Shown: positions 16,592 to 29,618 of the stretch, one piece after another
How positions within the stretch are numbered: the first letter of the stretch is position 1
How the letters are laid out: each line of letters opens with the position of its first letter
Assembly (NCBI GenBank): GCA_951406725.2
Contig: OX597815.1
Span: forward strand, 67,766,001 to 67,830,000
DNA length: 64,000 nt
Reading direction: 5' to 3'
DNA from: Octopus vulgaris
Lineage: Eukaryota
The notes under the pieces: generated by a model
Database searches by the model: none
What the model was told of the DNA's origin: nothing
The model's input: the letters and a program-made list of their open reading frames with translations, nothing else
Translations under genes and position numbers: made by a program

Positions 16592-17741
16592 TATTATTAT
16601 TATCATTGTTATTGTTATTATTAGTAGTAGTATTAGTATTATTAATCTTGTTCTTGTTTTTGTTGTTCTTGTTATTAGTGTACTGTCATGCTGTGTAGCG
16701 CGATATAATGCAATTAGTATAATGCAGTGTGGCCCAGTATCTGTATATAATAATAGCCGATATAAATGTCGATTGGTTGGTTGGTTGGTTGATTTCGCCA
16801 GTCACGTTTTGCATCATTTATAGAAAACGGGTGAGATAGTTAATTTTTATTAATTATTCAAATTTTGGCATGAGGCTAGCAATGTAACATAGTATAACAT
16901 AACATAATATAATATAATATAATATGATACGTTATATTACTTTACTAGTATGTAGTGATACAATATAGGTAGTATGTTACGGTGTAGCTCTTTCTGTAAT
17001 GGTGTAGTGTAGAAGTCGAGTGTTTTGTAATCTAATGACTGCTTCCAATAATATCATATTTCCCGTAAATGTTAGTTTCCGAATCAATGTTACCAATTAT
17101 TCTCATATTCGAAAATTCCAATATTCGATATTCCAATATTCCATTTCCAATCTTTGTTGTTTCGGCTGCCCATATTTCAAGAAGGAATTCTTTTTTCATT
17201 TAGGACTGCGTAAACAGGGGAAACATGAAGAGATTTTAAGAATTGGCGGACTAGAGGGGTGTTTGCCTTTTCAGTTCTTTTGAAATGTTTGTTGTTGTCT
17301 TTGCTACAATTTTTTGTTACGTTACTCAGATCTGTGTGGAAGAAAGGGTTTTTGAAGAAAAGTTTTAAAATGATAATCAGGTACTTTAAACATCGACGTA
17401 ATTAGAAGAACGTAGTTAGTGCTAGAGAACGTACAGCTGTTAAAGTATATATTTTACTTTGGTACATATGTGTATTTGAGAATGTATGTATGCGTAACTA
17501 TGAACAATTAAAATCGACAAATCAGGAAGTACAAGGATTTTTAAAATACGGTATTAGTTTAATGCCTTAATAGAAAGCGAAAGTGTCATAACGTTTCAGA
17601 TGTTAGTCCTTGATTAAAATTAAGAGAGAAGAATAGAGGAAGAGAAAAAGAGGAATAATGAATGAAATATGCACACACAAGCGCACAAATACACATAAGC
17701 TTGTGTGTGTGTGCGTGCTTGTGTGTGTATGTGTGTGTTTT

Positions 17742-18930
17742 TAGGACAGCCACTCGGTAGCAGTAGTCCACCCGGTCAAATTCCTTGGACTGGTCCAAAC
17801 TAATTAGCTCCGCTTCAAAGCTTCATCTATTCCCGACCTGTTCTACGATATATTGCATGAGGTGGGGGTTGTTGTGGATAGACCTACTGGGGATCGTACA
17901 GGTTTGTGCGTCACCGACTACACCATTGACAAGCACAAGCCTCTTGGCGAGCACCCTAGCTAAAATCTTTAACTCATGTTGAGTAGGGTTATGGGCCTGA
18001 AGTTTTCAATCACGTTCCCTTTGTTAGAATCCTCCCCTAGCAGAATCACCATCCCCATCTCATACGATTGGGAATGTTCCCAGTCCGTTGCTGGGTGCAG
18101 TAGACGGCTGCCAAAATCGGAGCAAACAAGTCAGACATGTGGAAATATACTTCATAGGGCAGACCATCCAATCTTGATGATTTGCCTTCCACATAGCGGC
18201 TCGGTACATTTGCTACTTCCTCCGCTGAAATCTGCTTCTCACAACACTCATTCTCCTTGTCCGATAGGCACATCATACCATCGAGGTAGGCCTCAAAGAT
18301 CGCTGTCTCAAGTATGCCACTCTTCGAAAAGAGGTCGGTGAAATGCTGTCGAAACACCGCACTAATCTATTTGGAATCAGAAAGTACACGTCTGCAACGG
18401 TCAGTCACAGACCGAATTCTTGATTTGTTACCATGCTGTGCCTCTGGTACCCGGGCTCAACCAAAGGCTTTTGAGCCTTCATGTTTCAGTGCATGAACCC
18501 TAGCTCGAACAATACAACCTTCATGTTTCACGTCGAAGAAATGGTCACATGCCATTCTCACCGCTAGCGCGTCATTTGCCATCACCCTTCTATGTGCTTC
18601 TAACTAGTTTATTTTCTATTCTATTTTCTTCTAAAGCAATCTTTTTGCAAAAACTAGCTGACACCTTTCTGATTTCCCTTTTTAGGGAACCCCACTACCC
18701 GTTGTTGATGATGGTTCCCGTCAATTCCCGTTTAACTAGTCTAATAACCTGATCGCTGAAATCTTTCTGCGCAAGGAAGGACGCATTCATCTTCTAATAA
18801 CCGGATCCTTGTCTAATTGTTTTTTTTCCTTAGTTCAGTGTAAAGGTCCTGAATTTGTGATCTGAATAGCCAACGATCTGAAAATTTGGGCAACTTATAC
18901 TATACCTGTCTGCTAGTCTAATAAAAACTT
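17742..18930 (-). mobile_element. L1/Tx1-like LINE fragment (EN-RT linker and RT N-terminus)
   Basis: FRQHFTDLF..CEKQISAEEV..GKSSRLDGLPYEVY..FAPILAAVY; RPITLLN; DQSKEFDRVDY. Confidence 0.8.
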
Positions 18931-18959
18931 TAAGTATGACCTGGATGACCCACAATAAA

Positions 18960-20225
18960 ACCAATTATACATAGTATGGGACTGTGGAACAAAACATTGT
19001 TCCTCAACCACGAGAAAGGCTTGGATGTGTTGGAGAACATCAAAATAGATCGTGGAATATTCCAGAGCGATTCCCCCTTTTCTTCTGTCTTTCCTTCATT
19101 CCCTTGTCCCACGAGTTGAATAGAAAAAATTACGGGTACAAAATGTTTGACAAGACCATCTCGCACTTGTTCTTCATGGATGATCTGAAATTATATGCAA
19201 AAGATGACAAAGTTCTGAAAAGGCTATTAGCAACTGTGAAAAAATTCAGTGATGACACCAATATGGAATTTGGCCTGCAAAAGCTACAATCAAACGTGGT
19301 AAACTGACAGCTAATAACCTCGACCTAACTTGATAATGATACATCTATCAAGGATCTGGATAAAGTAGGCTTTCATAAGTCTCTTGGGGGTAAACTAAGG
19401 GAAAGGGATCAGCACAGATCAGTGAAGAGACGATCAGGAAAGAATATTATAGCTGCGTCAGAATGGTCCTGAATACTGAGCTGAACATCCAGAATAGAAT
19501 TGCAGCTATAAACTCCCTGGCGGTACCAGAGTACCAGGTATCCAGTATAGACTTAATGTCATTAACTGGAACTTGATTGAACTGGAACTTGATTGAACGT
19601 ATGGACATAGAGACCAGGAAACTGCTGACATTAAACAGGATTCATCACCCAAAATCAAACGTCCATAGACTCTATCTCCCATGAAAGGAAGGCTGTAGAG
19701 GTCTAATCCAACTTGAAACGTCCTGCAAAACGATCACGATAGGATTTCAAATGTACATCCAAATTAACACTGACAGGATGATACAGCTGTAAGACAACAC
19801 GACGAGAGCTCAACCTCCTTGATTATGATGATGATAATGAAAACACACAACTCACTACGGCAGCAAAAAGTGTGAGAAAAAAACTAAACAAGAAAGCTTG
19901 AAAAAAATGTCGATACCGTGGTAAGAAAAACCATTGCATGGGCAATATCCCAAACAGGCTGGGGAAGCTGATATAGATACGAGAAGAACTCCTCAGTGGT
20001 GCAAAGCACTGATTTGAAAGCCGATAAAGGATTTATCGTAGTGGCACAAGATTAGAATCTCTTCACTCGGAACTATCATGGTAATGTCACAAACAATGGA
20101 GCAAACACAAAGTGTAGAATCAGCGATGACAAACTTGAGAGCATGGATCACATTGCTGTCGATTGATCCTTGCTCCTACAGAATATAAAAACCAGGCATG
20201 ATCGAGTTAGCCAATGCATATACAT
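18960..20225 (+). mobile_element. Degenerate R4/Dong-like LINE fragment
   Basis: ISHLFFMDDLKLYAK..FSDDTNMEFGL; HHPKSNVHRLYL; EKPLHGQY; C-terminal CRI..ESMDHI..RHDRV remnants. Confidence 0.85.
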
Positions 20226-20373
20226 AAACATAATTGACTCTAAAAATATTACTACATAAAGAAGGCTGAGAAACGGCCGCAATCCTAAGGATATCAAGTG
20301 GGATGCTGGGATGTTAAGTGGCTAAATAAAAATATTCATCTCACATACCTCCAGAGTTTTTATGGTTGATATA

Positions 20374-21268
20374 CTGTAAATCCTCGAGTATAATCTGCAT
20401 TTTTTCCCCAAATTTAAAGGTCAAAATCCCTAGTGCGTACTATATACGAGGTTAAAAATGAAAAATATTTTCTAAGCAATGTCCGAATCTCTATTGCCCT
20501 GCAATGTATATTGAGACACATTTTGTGATGTCCGCGAAAATACCTTAAGCTAAGCCTGAAAGCAATGAAGTCATAAAGCGATTTATGGACTGAATGGATG
20601 TCGACTGGAGAAAAGTCGTTCACTAAAGTTGGAAGGGTTCGCGCTCCCGACCTAACTTTGATATGCAAATGGATCGTGTATGCATGCAATGAACTTGATC
20701 CCCAGATTATTGTGAAAAGTTTTATCAAATGTTGTATATCGTCTGAACTGGATGGTACTCAGGATGACATTGTATGGAAAGATGAAATAAATGAAAGTGA
20801 ATCTTTCATGTTGACTATGAATCTGACGATGACGGTGATTTACACTACAATGATGCTGACATGTTTACGGAGGAACAAATGGAACAGTTATTTGATGCTG
20901 AAAGTGACGTTAAATTTGAAGAATTTGAATAAATGTTTTTGATTTTGCTTTTGTAACTGATAGTGATAAATATGTAAAGGCAATTTACTTAATATTTATT
21001 TTTCAGTGACGTCATTACTGTTATTTCTTTATTTTCTGCAAACAAAATGCACAAAAAAGCTACACTTTGCATTATGTTATATGTACAATAATAATAAAGG
21101 ACGTTACCGTATACATTTTTACAAACCAAGGACGTTATATAGACCTCCTTGACTCAAGTTAGAGAAGGGGTGCGTTTTATACACAAGGTTTAGGTTTTTC
21201 AGAGGTACAACCCCTAAAAATTCCTTGCGTATCATACTCAAGGGCGGATTATACTGGAGGATTTACGG
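20374..21268 (+). mobile_element. pogo/Tigger-type Tc1-mariner deletion derivative with TIRs and TA TSD
   Basis: TA|ctgtaaatcctcgagtataatctgc ... gcggattatactggaggatttacgg|TA. The internal ORF TGEKSFTKVGRVRAPD..ICKWIVYACNELDPQIIVKSFIKCCIS..DGTQDD is typical of a pogo transposase C-terminus. Confidence 0.85.
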
Positions 21269-21371
21269 TACATATATAAATATATTATTTATATTATTTA
21301 CATTTGAGGATATCCGACAAATATCCGTCAAATTTAAATAATGTAAATAATGTACATAATTCCTCATCTCT

Positions 21372-21436
<65 letters not shown>

Positions 21437-21663
21437 CATGTATATATACATGTAGATGTAGGTACGTACATATATGTATGTATGTATGCATATATTTTAT
21501 TTATTACATTATTGTATGACTGAGCGCCCTCGCGTCGTTTCGTTTCGTTTCTTTCCTTTCTCCCAGTATGCTTTTATATATATATATATATATTATTGTA
21601 TACTGTTCTGTGATGGTAAGACCAACAAAAGAGTACTCCATCTGGTGAGAGATAAATATTATT

Positions 21664-21875
21664 TAATAAACAAAGTATATGCTTTTATGTGCTACAATTA
21701 TTTTCCTGTGTTGAAAGCATGCCAGTATTTTTTAACACATCTAGTGTCCTAACCATGTGGCCAGTGCGTGATGATTGTGCTAGGACACCAGACGTGTTAA
21801 AAATACTATCTGGCATGCTCTCAGTACATGAAACTAATAGTAGCACATAAAAAAAAAAACATATATTGTGTTTAT
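21664..21875. repeat. Imperfect foldback element with a degenerate hammerhead in the right arm
   Basis: Arms ~21664-21752 and ~21780-21875 are inverted. The plus strand reads gtgc-GTGATGA..GAAAC-TAATA-GTA-gcac at 21764-21846. Confidence 0.6.
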
Positions 21876-22826
21876 CTTATATATCTATAATATATATATA
21901 TATATATATATAGGGAGAGTTTACGAAAAAAACAAAAGACGAAGACAGGTGGTGTACAAAATAAACAGATGTATTAGTATAACGCTCAGGAATAGAAAAA
22001 GTCTTTTACGTTTCGAGCCTACGCTCTCCTACGGAAAGGGACACAGAAAAAACAAGGAGAGAAACAAGGAGAGAAAAAAATGTGTAGTGGCTAACGATCT
22101 ATCATGGCATATGTACATATGTAGTACGATGTCTGTATATGTGTGAATGTGAGTGTATGTGTATATCTGTGTGTCGTAGCCTCGTGCACGCATACCTTCT
22201 TAATTGTGTATACTCGTACAACACTGTGCAAGACAGTGCTGGGTGTAATAAAGATATATGCTTGCTTCATTTTTAAAATGTTCTAAATTTCAAGAATTTC
22301 AGCCATCTCTCATTAAGATTATCTAAAGCTGAAATTAAAACTACACACACATGATTGCTATGTTATTCCTTTCGTTACAAATTAATGCTTTTAAATTATT
22401 TTACCATTTAAAACCATCATAGCAACATTTGTTCTAAACTTTTTCTTGTTTCACTATTTTCTATATTCATTTTTAATTTCATATTCTCTAGTGTTCTACC
22501 AATTGTCTGTCTGTGTGTATTCTATGAACACAATGAATATACAACCGAATGAACAAACTCCAAAACTATACTGAAATTAATACTCTGTCTTAATCACACA
22601 CGCCAAGCATTCTAAACGATACCGATTTTAGACAAACATAATTTTCAACAAATTACTTTATTTTTATATGTGTATTTTATAAAATATTTATGAGTTTTTA
22701 TTTTTAGTTTTAGTTTTCCTTCATATTCATATCTGTTTGTTCATGGGTGTATAGTTGCTTTTTTGCTTACTTTATTTTGGTAATTTGAGTGCTGTTTGTT
22801 TTGCACTAGAATTAAAAGTATGTATG

Positions 22827-22858
<32 letters not shown>

Positions 22859-22987
22859 TGTATATATACACATACACATATATGTATGTGGGGGAGAGAG
22901 ATAGAATACATACATATATATATATATATACATACATACGTACATATGTATATATATACATACATTACATATATATACATATCCCCC

Positions 22988-23085
<98 letters not shown>

Positions 23086-23162
23086 GTCTATATATGTATA
23101 TGTATACCTATGAATGTATATATATACATCTAGATATGTATAAATATGCGTATATATATATA

Positions 23163-23197
<35 letters not shown>

Positions 23198-23257
23198 GCA
23201 TACATGGATATATAAACACATACGCACATAGATCTATATACGCAAATGCCTACATAC

Positions 23258-23355
<98 letters not shown>

Positions 23356-23497
23356 CATAGTTGTAATAGTATATTCCATTATATTATGTTTTATTATAGT
23401 ATATATGTAGCCTGCAGTGATAAATTATAATTTTCAGAGAAGGCTTTATGAAAATTGTTTCGTAATATGAATATATATATATATATATATGTATATG

Positions 23498-23542
<45 letters not shown>

Positions 23543-23611
23543 GTATGTATGTATGTATGTATGTATGTATCTATGTATGTATACATATGTGTATATATGT
23601 ATATGTATATA

Positions 23612-23671
<60 letters not shown>

Positions 23672-23895
23672 ACAAGTGATTGCCTGATTAGGTAATGCAG
23701 TGTTTTCCATCAGGCGGGCTGTCCACCGTGAAATATATGAAATTATAATTTTAATGACTTAGTCGACATCATTTGCGTGCTTCTCGTGTGTACATGTATC
23801 TACACACAGACAAGTACACACACACACACATGCATATACATATAAACATACGCACAAATTTATGATATGCATACTTGAGTGTGTGCGTGTGTGTG

Positions 23896-23965
<70 letters not shown>

Positions 23966-24174
23966 AAGAAGGGTAGTAATATTATTTACTACTTACTACC
24001 CTTCTTGTTTATATTCGCATATTACATGATGGATTTATTCGTAAAATTCTTCCCGGCATGCCCTATACTGCCGTGTAAGTTTTGCGTCTGCGCAGAGATT
24101 TGAAAAGTTAAGATCTGCTAGTAGTCGAGATCAACACATGGTCCCACATCGCTGCAGACCTCGATTCAATTTAG

Positions 24175-24254
24175 GCGACTCGCTGACGAAGCTAGCCTTA
24201 GCAAACATATTCTGTGTTTTGCTAGAAAGAAGCAGAAACCGCGGTTCGAGTTGT
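24175..24254 (+). ncRNA. Minimal type I hammerhead ribozyme motif, unit 1
   Basis: Stem I gcgactcg/cgagttgt; core CTGACGA; stem II gct/agc plus inner hairpin tagcaaaca/tgttttgcta; GAAAC-CGCG-GTT (palindromic loop 3, GUU cleavage triplet). Confidence 0.8.
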
Positions 24255-24628
24255 TAAAGTTATCGGTAAATGTTTTTGATTTTCACTCTCGATAAATTCA
24301 TCCCCTTTTTGTGTTCCCAGCACTCGGCATCTTAATTTAGGAGCCCTTAATTGTATAACTACATGAATAATATTTTTCTATATGAATAATATTTTTGTCT
24401 TATGACTAATTCGTCTTTTGTGCTGGGCACCTGGTAGTAAATAATATTACTACCCTTCTTGTTTATATTCGCATATTACATGATGGATTTATTCGTAAAA
24501 TTCTTCCCGGCATGCCCTATACTGCCGTGTAAGTTTTGCGTCTGCGCAGAGATTTGAAAAGTTAAGATCTGCTAGTAGTCGAGATCAACACATGGTCCCA
24601 CATCGCTGCAGACCTCGATTCAATTTAG

Positions 24629-24708
24629 GCGACTCGCTGACGAAGCTAGCCTTAGCAAACATATTCTGTGTTTTGCTAGAAAGAAGCAGAAACCGCGGTT
24701 CGAGTTGT
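24629..24708 (+). ncRNA. Minimal type I hammerhead ribozyme motif, unit 2
   Basis: Identical to the unit 1 motif, offset +454. Confidence 0.8.
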
Positions 24709-25082
24709 TAAAGTTATCGGTAAATGTTTTTGATTTTCACTCTCGATAAATTCATCCCCTTTTTGTGTTCCCAGCACTCGGCATCTTAATTTAGGAGCCC
24801 TTAATTGTATAACTACATGAATAATATTTTTCTATATGAATAATATTTTTGTCTTATGACTAATTCGTCTTTTGTGCTGGGCACCTAGTAGTAAATAATA
24901 TTACTACCCTTCTTGTTTATATTCGCATATTACATGATGGATTTATTCGTAAAATTCTTCCCGGCATGCCCTATACTGCCGTGTAAGTTTTGCGTCTGCG
25001 CAGAGATTTGAAAAGTTAAGATCTGCTAGTAGTCGAGATCAACACATGGTCCCACATCGCTGCAGACCTCGATTCAATTTAG

Positions 25083-25162
25083 GCGACTCGCTGACGAAGC
25101 TAGCCTTAGCAAACATATTCTGTGTTTTGCTAGAAAGAAGCAGAAACCGCGGTTCGAGTTGT
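25083..25162 (+). ncRNA. Minimal type I hammerhead ribozyme motif, unit 3
   Basis: Identical to the unit 1 motif, offset +908. Confidence 0.8.
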
Positions 25163-25536
25163 TAAAGTTATCGGTAAATGTTTTTGATTTTCACTCTCGA
25201 TAAATTCATCCCCTTTTTGTGTTCCCAGCACTCGGCATCTTAATTTAGGAGCCCTTAATTGTATAACTACATGAATAATATTTTTCTATATGAATAATAT
25301 TTTTGTCTTATGACTAATTCGTCTTTTGTGCTGGGCACCTAGTAGTAAATAATATTACTACCCTTCTTGTTTATATTCGCATATTACATGATGGATTTAT
25401 TCGTAAAATTCTTCCCGGCATGCCCTATACTGCCGTGTAAGTTTTGCGTCTGCGCAGAGATTTGAAAAGTTAAGATCTGCTAGTAGTCGAGATCAACACA
25501 TGGTCCCACATCGCTGCAGACCTCGATTCAATTTAG

Positions 25537-25616
25537 GCGACTCGCTGACGAAGCTAGCCTTAGCAAACACATTCTGTGTTTTGCTAGAAAGAAGCAGAAA
25601 CCGCGGTTCGAGTTGT
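25537..25616 (+). ncRNA. Minimal type I hammerhead ribozyme motif, unit 4
   Basis: Same motif. T>C at 25570 lies in the stem II inner hairpin. Confidence 0.8.
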
Positions 25617-25833
25617 TAAAGTTATCGGTAAATGTTTTTGATTTTCACTCTCGATAAATTCATCCCCTTTTTGTGTTCCCAGCACTCGGCATCTTAATTT
25701 AGGAGCCCTTAATTGTATAACTACATGAATAATATTTTTCTATATGAATAATATTTTTGTCTTATGGCTAATTCGTCTTTTGTGCTGGGCACCTAGTAGT
25801 AAATAATATTACTACCCTTCTTGTTTATATTCG

Positions 25834-25887
<54 letters not shown>

Positions 25888-26049
25888 AAGAGAGAGAGAG
25901 AGAGAGGGAGATCATATCTATTAATATTAACAAAAGCTAAGAAACTGCTTTGTACCTTTCTTTTAGGAAGTTACTTCCCTTACTCAAACGTAGTTGTCTT
26001 GACCCCATGGTAATATATTTATATTTTCGTCGTTTATATTCATGCTAAT

Positions 26050-27325
26050 ATTATTGTATTAATAGCTGAATTCAGAAACATAATTTTATTCTAGAAAAAT
26101 TTACAATAGAAATGTTTTGATTCGTCAAAATATGAGCCATGAACATCTATGCATCTCTGCCATCGATCAACGACATTATTTATGCCTCGTTGATAAAAAG
26201 TTATTGGCTTTGATGCTAAGTAATCTTTGAAAGCTGATTCGACTTCTGGGATGGACCTGAAAGTTTTATCACTTCAAACGTGTTTAAATGCTTTAAAAAT
26301 GGTAGTCAGTGGGTGAAAGATCAGGAGAATATGGAAGATGTGATAAAGTCTCGTATCCCAAGTCTGCGAGTTTCTGCAGCGTCAATCTTGCAGCATGTGG
26401 CCTTACATTATCGTGAAGCAGAATTGGGCCACGCTGATTTACCAATGCAAGTCTCATTTTTTGCAAGTGAGCATGCATTTCACCGAGTTGATTGCAGTAA
26501 ACCTCTGCAGTAATGCTCTGATTGGCTTCCAGAAAGCTGTAATGGACAACACCAATTGCAGACCACCAGACAGTCACCATAATCTTTTGCTGATGCAACT
26601 TCAGCTTTGGGAAATGTTTGGGAGACTCATCACGATCAAGCCATTGACCTGATCATTTATGGTTATCATAAAGGATCCTCTTTTCGTTACAAGTGACAAT
26701 TCGATCAAGAAAAAGATCATTGGTGTTTCGCAGAAAGCGCATCGAGCACACTTCAAAACGCCGAACTTTTTGATTTTCATTGAGCTCTTGTGGTACCCAT
26801 TTATCGAGCTTTTTCACCTTACGAATCTTCTGCAGATTGCGCGAGACCGTTGCAATACCGACACCAAGTACCTGAGACATTTCTCTAACACTTTGACGTG
26901 GATTTTGTTCAACAATTGCTTTCAATTGTTCATTGTCAAGATTGTATGACAGTCCTGTACCTTCTTCATCTTCAAGGCTCTCATCACCACTACGGAATTT
27001 CTGAAACCACCTTCGTACTGTGTGACCACTTGTGGACCCCTCTCCCCATGCTCTACTGATATTGGCAGTAGTTTGGGAGGCCTTATGCCCAAGCTTGAAC
27101 TCATACAAGAAAAGTAAGCGAAGGTTCTTTTATGTCATGTTCATAATTAAGGGCGCCTATGCTTCAAGAATGTTTTCTGTCTGAAATAAGTAGAAAATTA
27201 TTAAAGAGCATACATCAATTATTAACTATGTCAAAATTCACCTAAAATATAATTAAAATACTATGATAAAATTGCATTTCAAAACACAATGCTTAGAGCG
27301 GCCATTATTTTCGGAAAAACCTAAT
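26050..27325 (-). mobile_element. mariner transposon (degenerate transposase)
   Basis: YEFKLGH..TVRRWFQKFRSGDESLEDEE (HTH), WVPQEL, RIVTCNEK, HDNVRPH, HLPYSPDLSPTDYHF. TIR-like end ..ggaaaaacctaaTA near 27325. Confidence 0.92.
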
Positions 27326-28012
27326 ATATCTCTCGTTCTGTTCGCAACTTATTTCCTAGTCTTCTACTAATCTCTTAATTTCTCAACATATTTTCCTGCC
27401 CCAACTCTCTTCACACACACTCTCTCCCTCTCTCCCTCTCCCTCTCTCTCTCCCTCTCTCTCTCTCTTTCTCTTTCTTTCTCTCTCTATTTTTCTTTCAC
27501 ACACCCACACACTCTCTCACGTTATTTGAATCTACCTTCTAGCAATGAAAATTTGTCTCGTACTTTATTTTTGTTTCATTTTCATAAAAGAAATATTTTG
27601 ATACGTTCTTAAATACTTCGCCATTTTGTTTCTTGCATTTTTTCTTTCATTTTCAATCTTTTATTCTCCACTTTACATTTCAAGTATTTATTTATAAAGT
27701 TTCGAAAGCAAATTGAAAAAGTTTTGAGATGTAAACACCGAAAAAAAATCTATTGTTAAAAAAAAACAAATCAAAGAACTACTTCAAGAATACAAAATAA
27801 ATTTGCTATTGTTTTACATTTATGAATTTAGTCTCAGACTTCGCTAATTATTAGGATTATTTCCGGGTTTTTTTTCATATATATTCGTTATCACTCTCTC
27901 CCCCTTCTCCCAGTAAAATTATATATATTCATACAAAATAAATTTTATTGTTTTTTTATGACATTGCTAATATTAGGATTATTTCCGTATATATATATAT
28001 ATACATACATAT

Positions 28013-28103
<91 letters not shown>

Positions 28104-28456
28104 CATACACACATTTATATATATATATATATATATAGTAATGTTTGTTTTATGTCGAGTTATACTAAAAGAAACATTAAGTTGAAAGATTGCTTAATAC
28201 ATTTTATAGAGTACATAATTAATTACTATACTTCCACATGAAACGTTAGGACAGTGACTTTGAAATCTCGCTTCCTAGGCCTCATTGAAGAATCCGGTCA
28301 TGGCTAGCTAGTCTAAATTTCGAATTCACAGTCACCACTCTTTCTGGGAAGGTATATATATACTTGGAAGAGTATGCGTGGCGTTCAATCATATACTAAT
28401 ATAAATAATATATACGTATATGCATATATGCATACGTATATGTACATACATCTATA

Positions 28457-28505
<49 letters not shown>

Positions 28506-28687
28506 AAAGGGCTTAGTAAAATAAATTATTTTGCCGCATACTGAACTCATTAGAAATAGCAGCTAAAAAAACTTTTTTAAAACTATCTCCAATACTTAAA
28601 GAAAATCTCTCTCATATAGTGTTTGCTCAATTCAACTCACGAAAGTATGAGGGTAGAGACATTAAAAAATCAAATGCAAAGGTTATT

Positions 28688-28740
28688 TGAGAACGTACGT
28701 TTCAAGATTAGTCAAAATCGACACTTCTATCATCAGCTCA
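28688..28740 (-). ncRNA. Minimal type I hammerhead ribozyme motif
   Basis: Minus strand tgag-CTGATGA-t-aga..gtc/gac..tct-t-GAAAC-GTAC-GTT-ctca. Confidence 0.75.
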
Positions 28741-29246
28741 GAACTCCCTTGTTTTGGATTTGAAAACACTGAAAGTGGGAGCATACCCTTTCGGCCTGTT
28801 ATCGCCTCTGAAGATCTGCTCAAAACTAACAGTGCTAGCAAATTCAAATATGCAAACGAAGAATTTCTGCTCTCCCCTTTCCACCAGCGTGGGTTAAAAT
28901 CAGCAAACACTATGCTTTTTTCGGTAAAATCCGAGGCATTATATAGAGAGAGATGAATTATAATTTCAACAATTGAGGGTAAAATTAATTAATTAATCAA
29001 TTTCACCAAGTATTCAGTATACAAAGGGACCATTTAAGGCGAATTCAAATTATTACATTATATAAAAGGGCTTAGTAAAATAAATTACTTTGCCGCATAC
29101 TGAACTCATTAGAAATAGCAGCTAAAAAAACTTTTTAAAAACTATCTCCAATACTTAAAGAAAATCTCTCTCATATAGTGTTTGCTCAATTCAACTCACG
29201 AAAGTATGAGGGTAGAGACATTAAAAAATCAAATGCAAAGGTTATT

Positions 29247-29299
29247 TGAGAACGTACGTTTCAAGATTAGTCAAAATCGACACTTCTATCATCAGCTCA
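29247..29299 (-). ncRNA. Minimal type I hammerhead ribozyme motif (second copy)
   Basis: Identical to 28688-28740, offset +559. Confidence 0.75.
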
Positions 29300-29618
29300 G
29301 AACTCCCTGGTTTGGATTTGAAAACACTGAAAGTGGGAGCATACCCTTTCGGCCTGTTTTTTAATGTCTCTACCCTCATACTTTCGTGAGTTGAATTGAG
29401 CAAACACTATATGAGAGAGATTTTCTTTAAGTATTGGAGATAGTTTTAAAAAAGTTTTTTTAGCTGCTATTTCTAATGAGTTCAGTATGCGGCAAAGTAA
29501 TTTATTTTACTAAGCCCTTTTATATAATGTAATAATTTGAATTCGCCTTAAATGGTCCCTTTGTATACTGAATACTTGGTGAAATTGATTAATTAATTAA
29601 TTTTACCCTCAATTGTTG

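Larger units (their letters stand above)
23993..25834 (+). repeat. Tandem array of four near-identical 454-bp units plus a short partial unit; candidate retrozyme or Penelope pLTR array
   Basis: The anchor taccCttcttgttt recurs at 24001, 24455, 24909, 25363 and 25817 (period 454). Only three substitutions were noticed among units. (TA)n flanks both sides. Confidence 0.97.

Noticed and set aside
14155-16823. Many 60-210 aa ORFs rich in YI/CV/HT/poly-I/L/Y here and across the window
   Set aside because: They are translations of (TA)n, (TG)n, (TATG)n and (TAA)n microsatellites.
17204-17380. Possible plus-strand exon (tttcatttAG..cagGTactt), and a minus-strand donor near 13788
   Set aside because: Only splice-like dinucleotides, with no recognisable protein or other support.
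23993-25834. CRISPR array or tandem RNA gene cluster (5S, snRNA, SL)
   Set aside because: Whole units are identical with no variable spacers, there are no cas genes, the context is eukaryotic, and no 5S/snRNA sequence is recognisable.
28687-28956. 89-aa ORF with GSIPFRPVI resembling the PLE RT LRPI motif
   Set aside because: Short, non-ATG start, opposite strand to the ribozyme, and no further RT motifs.
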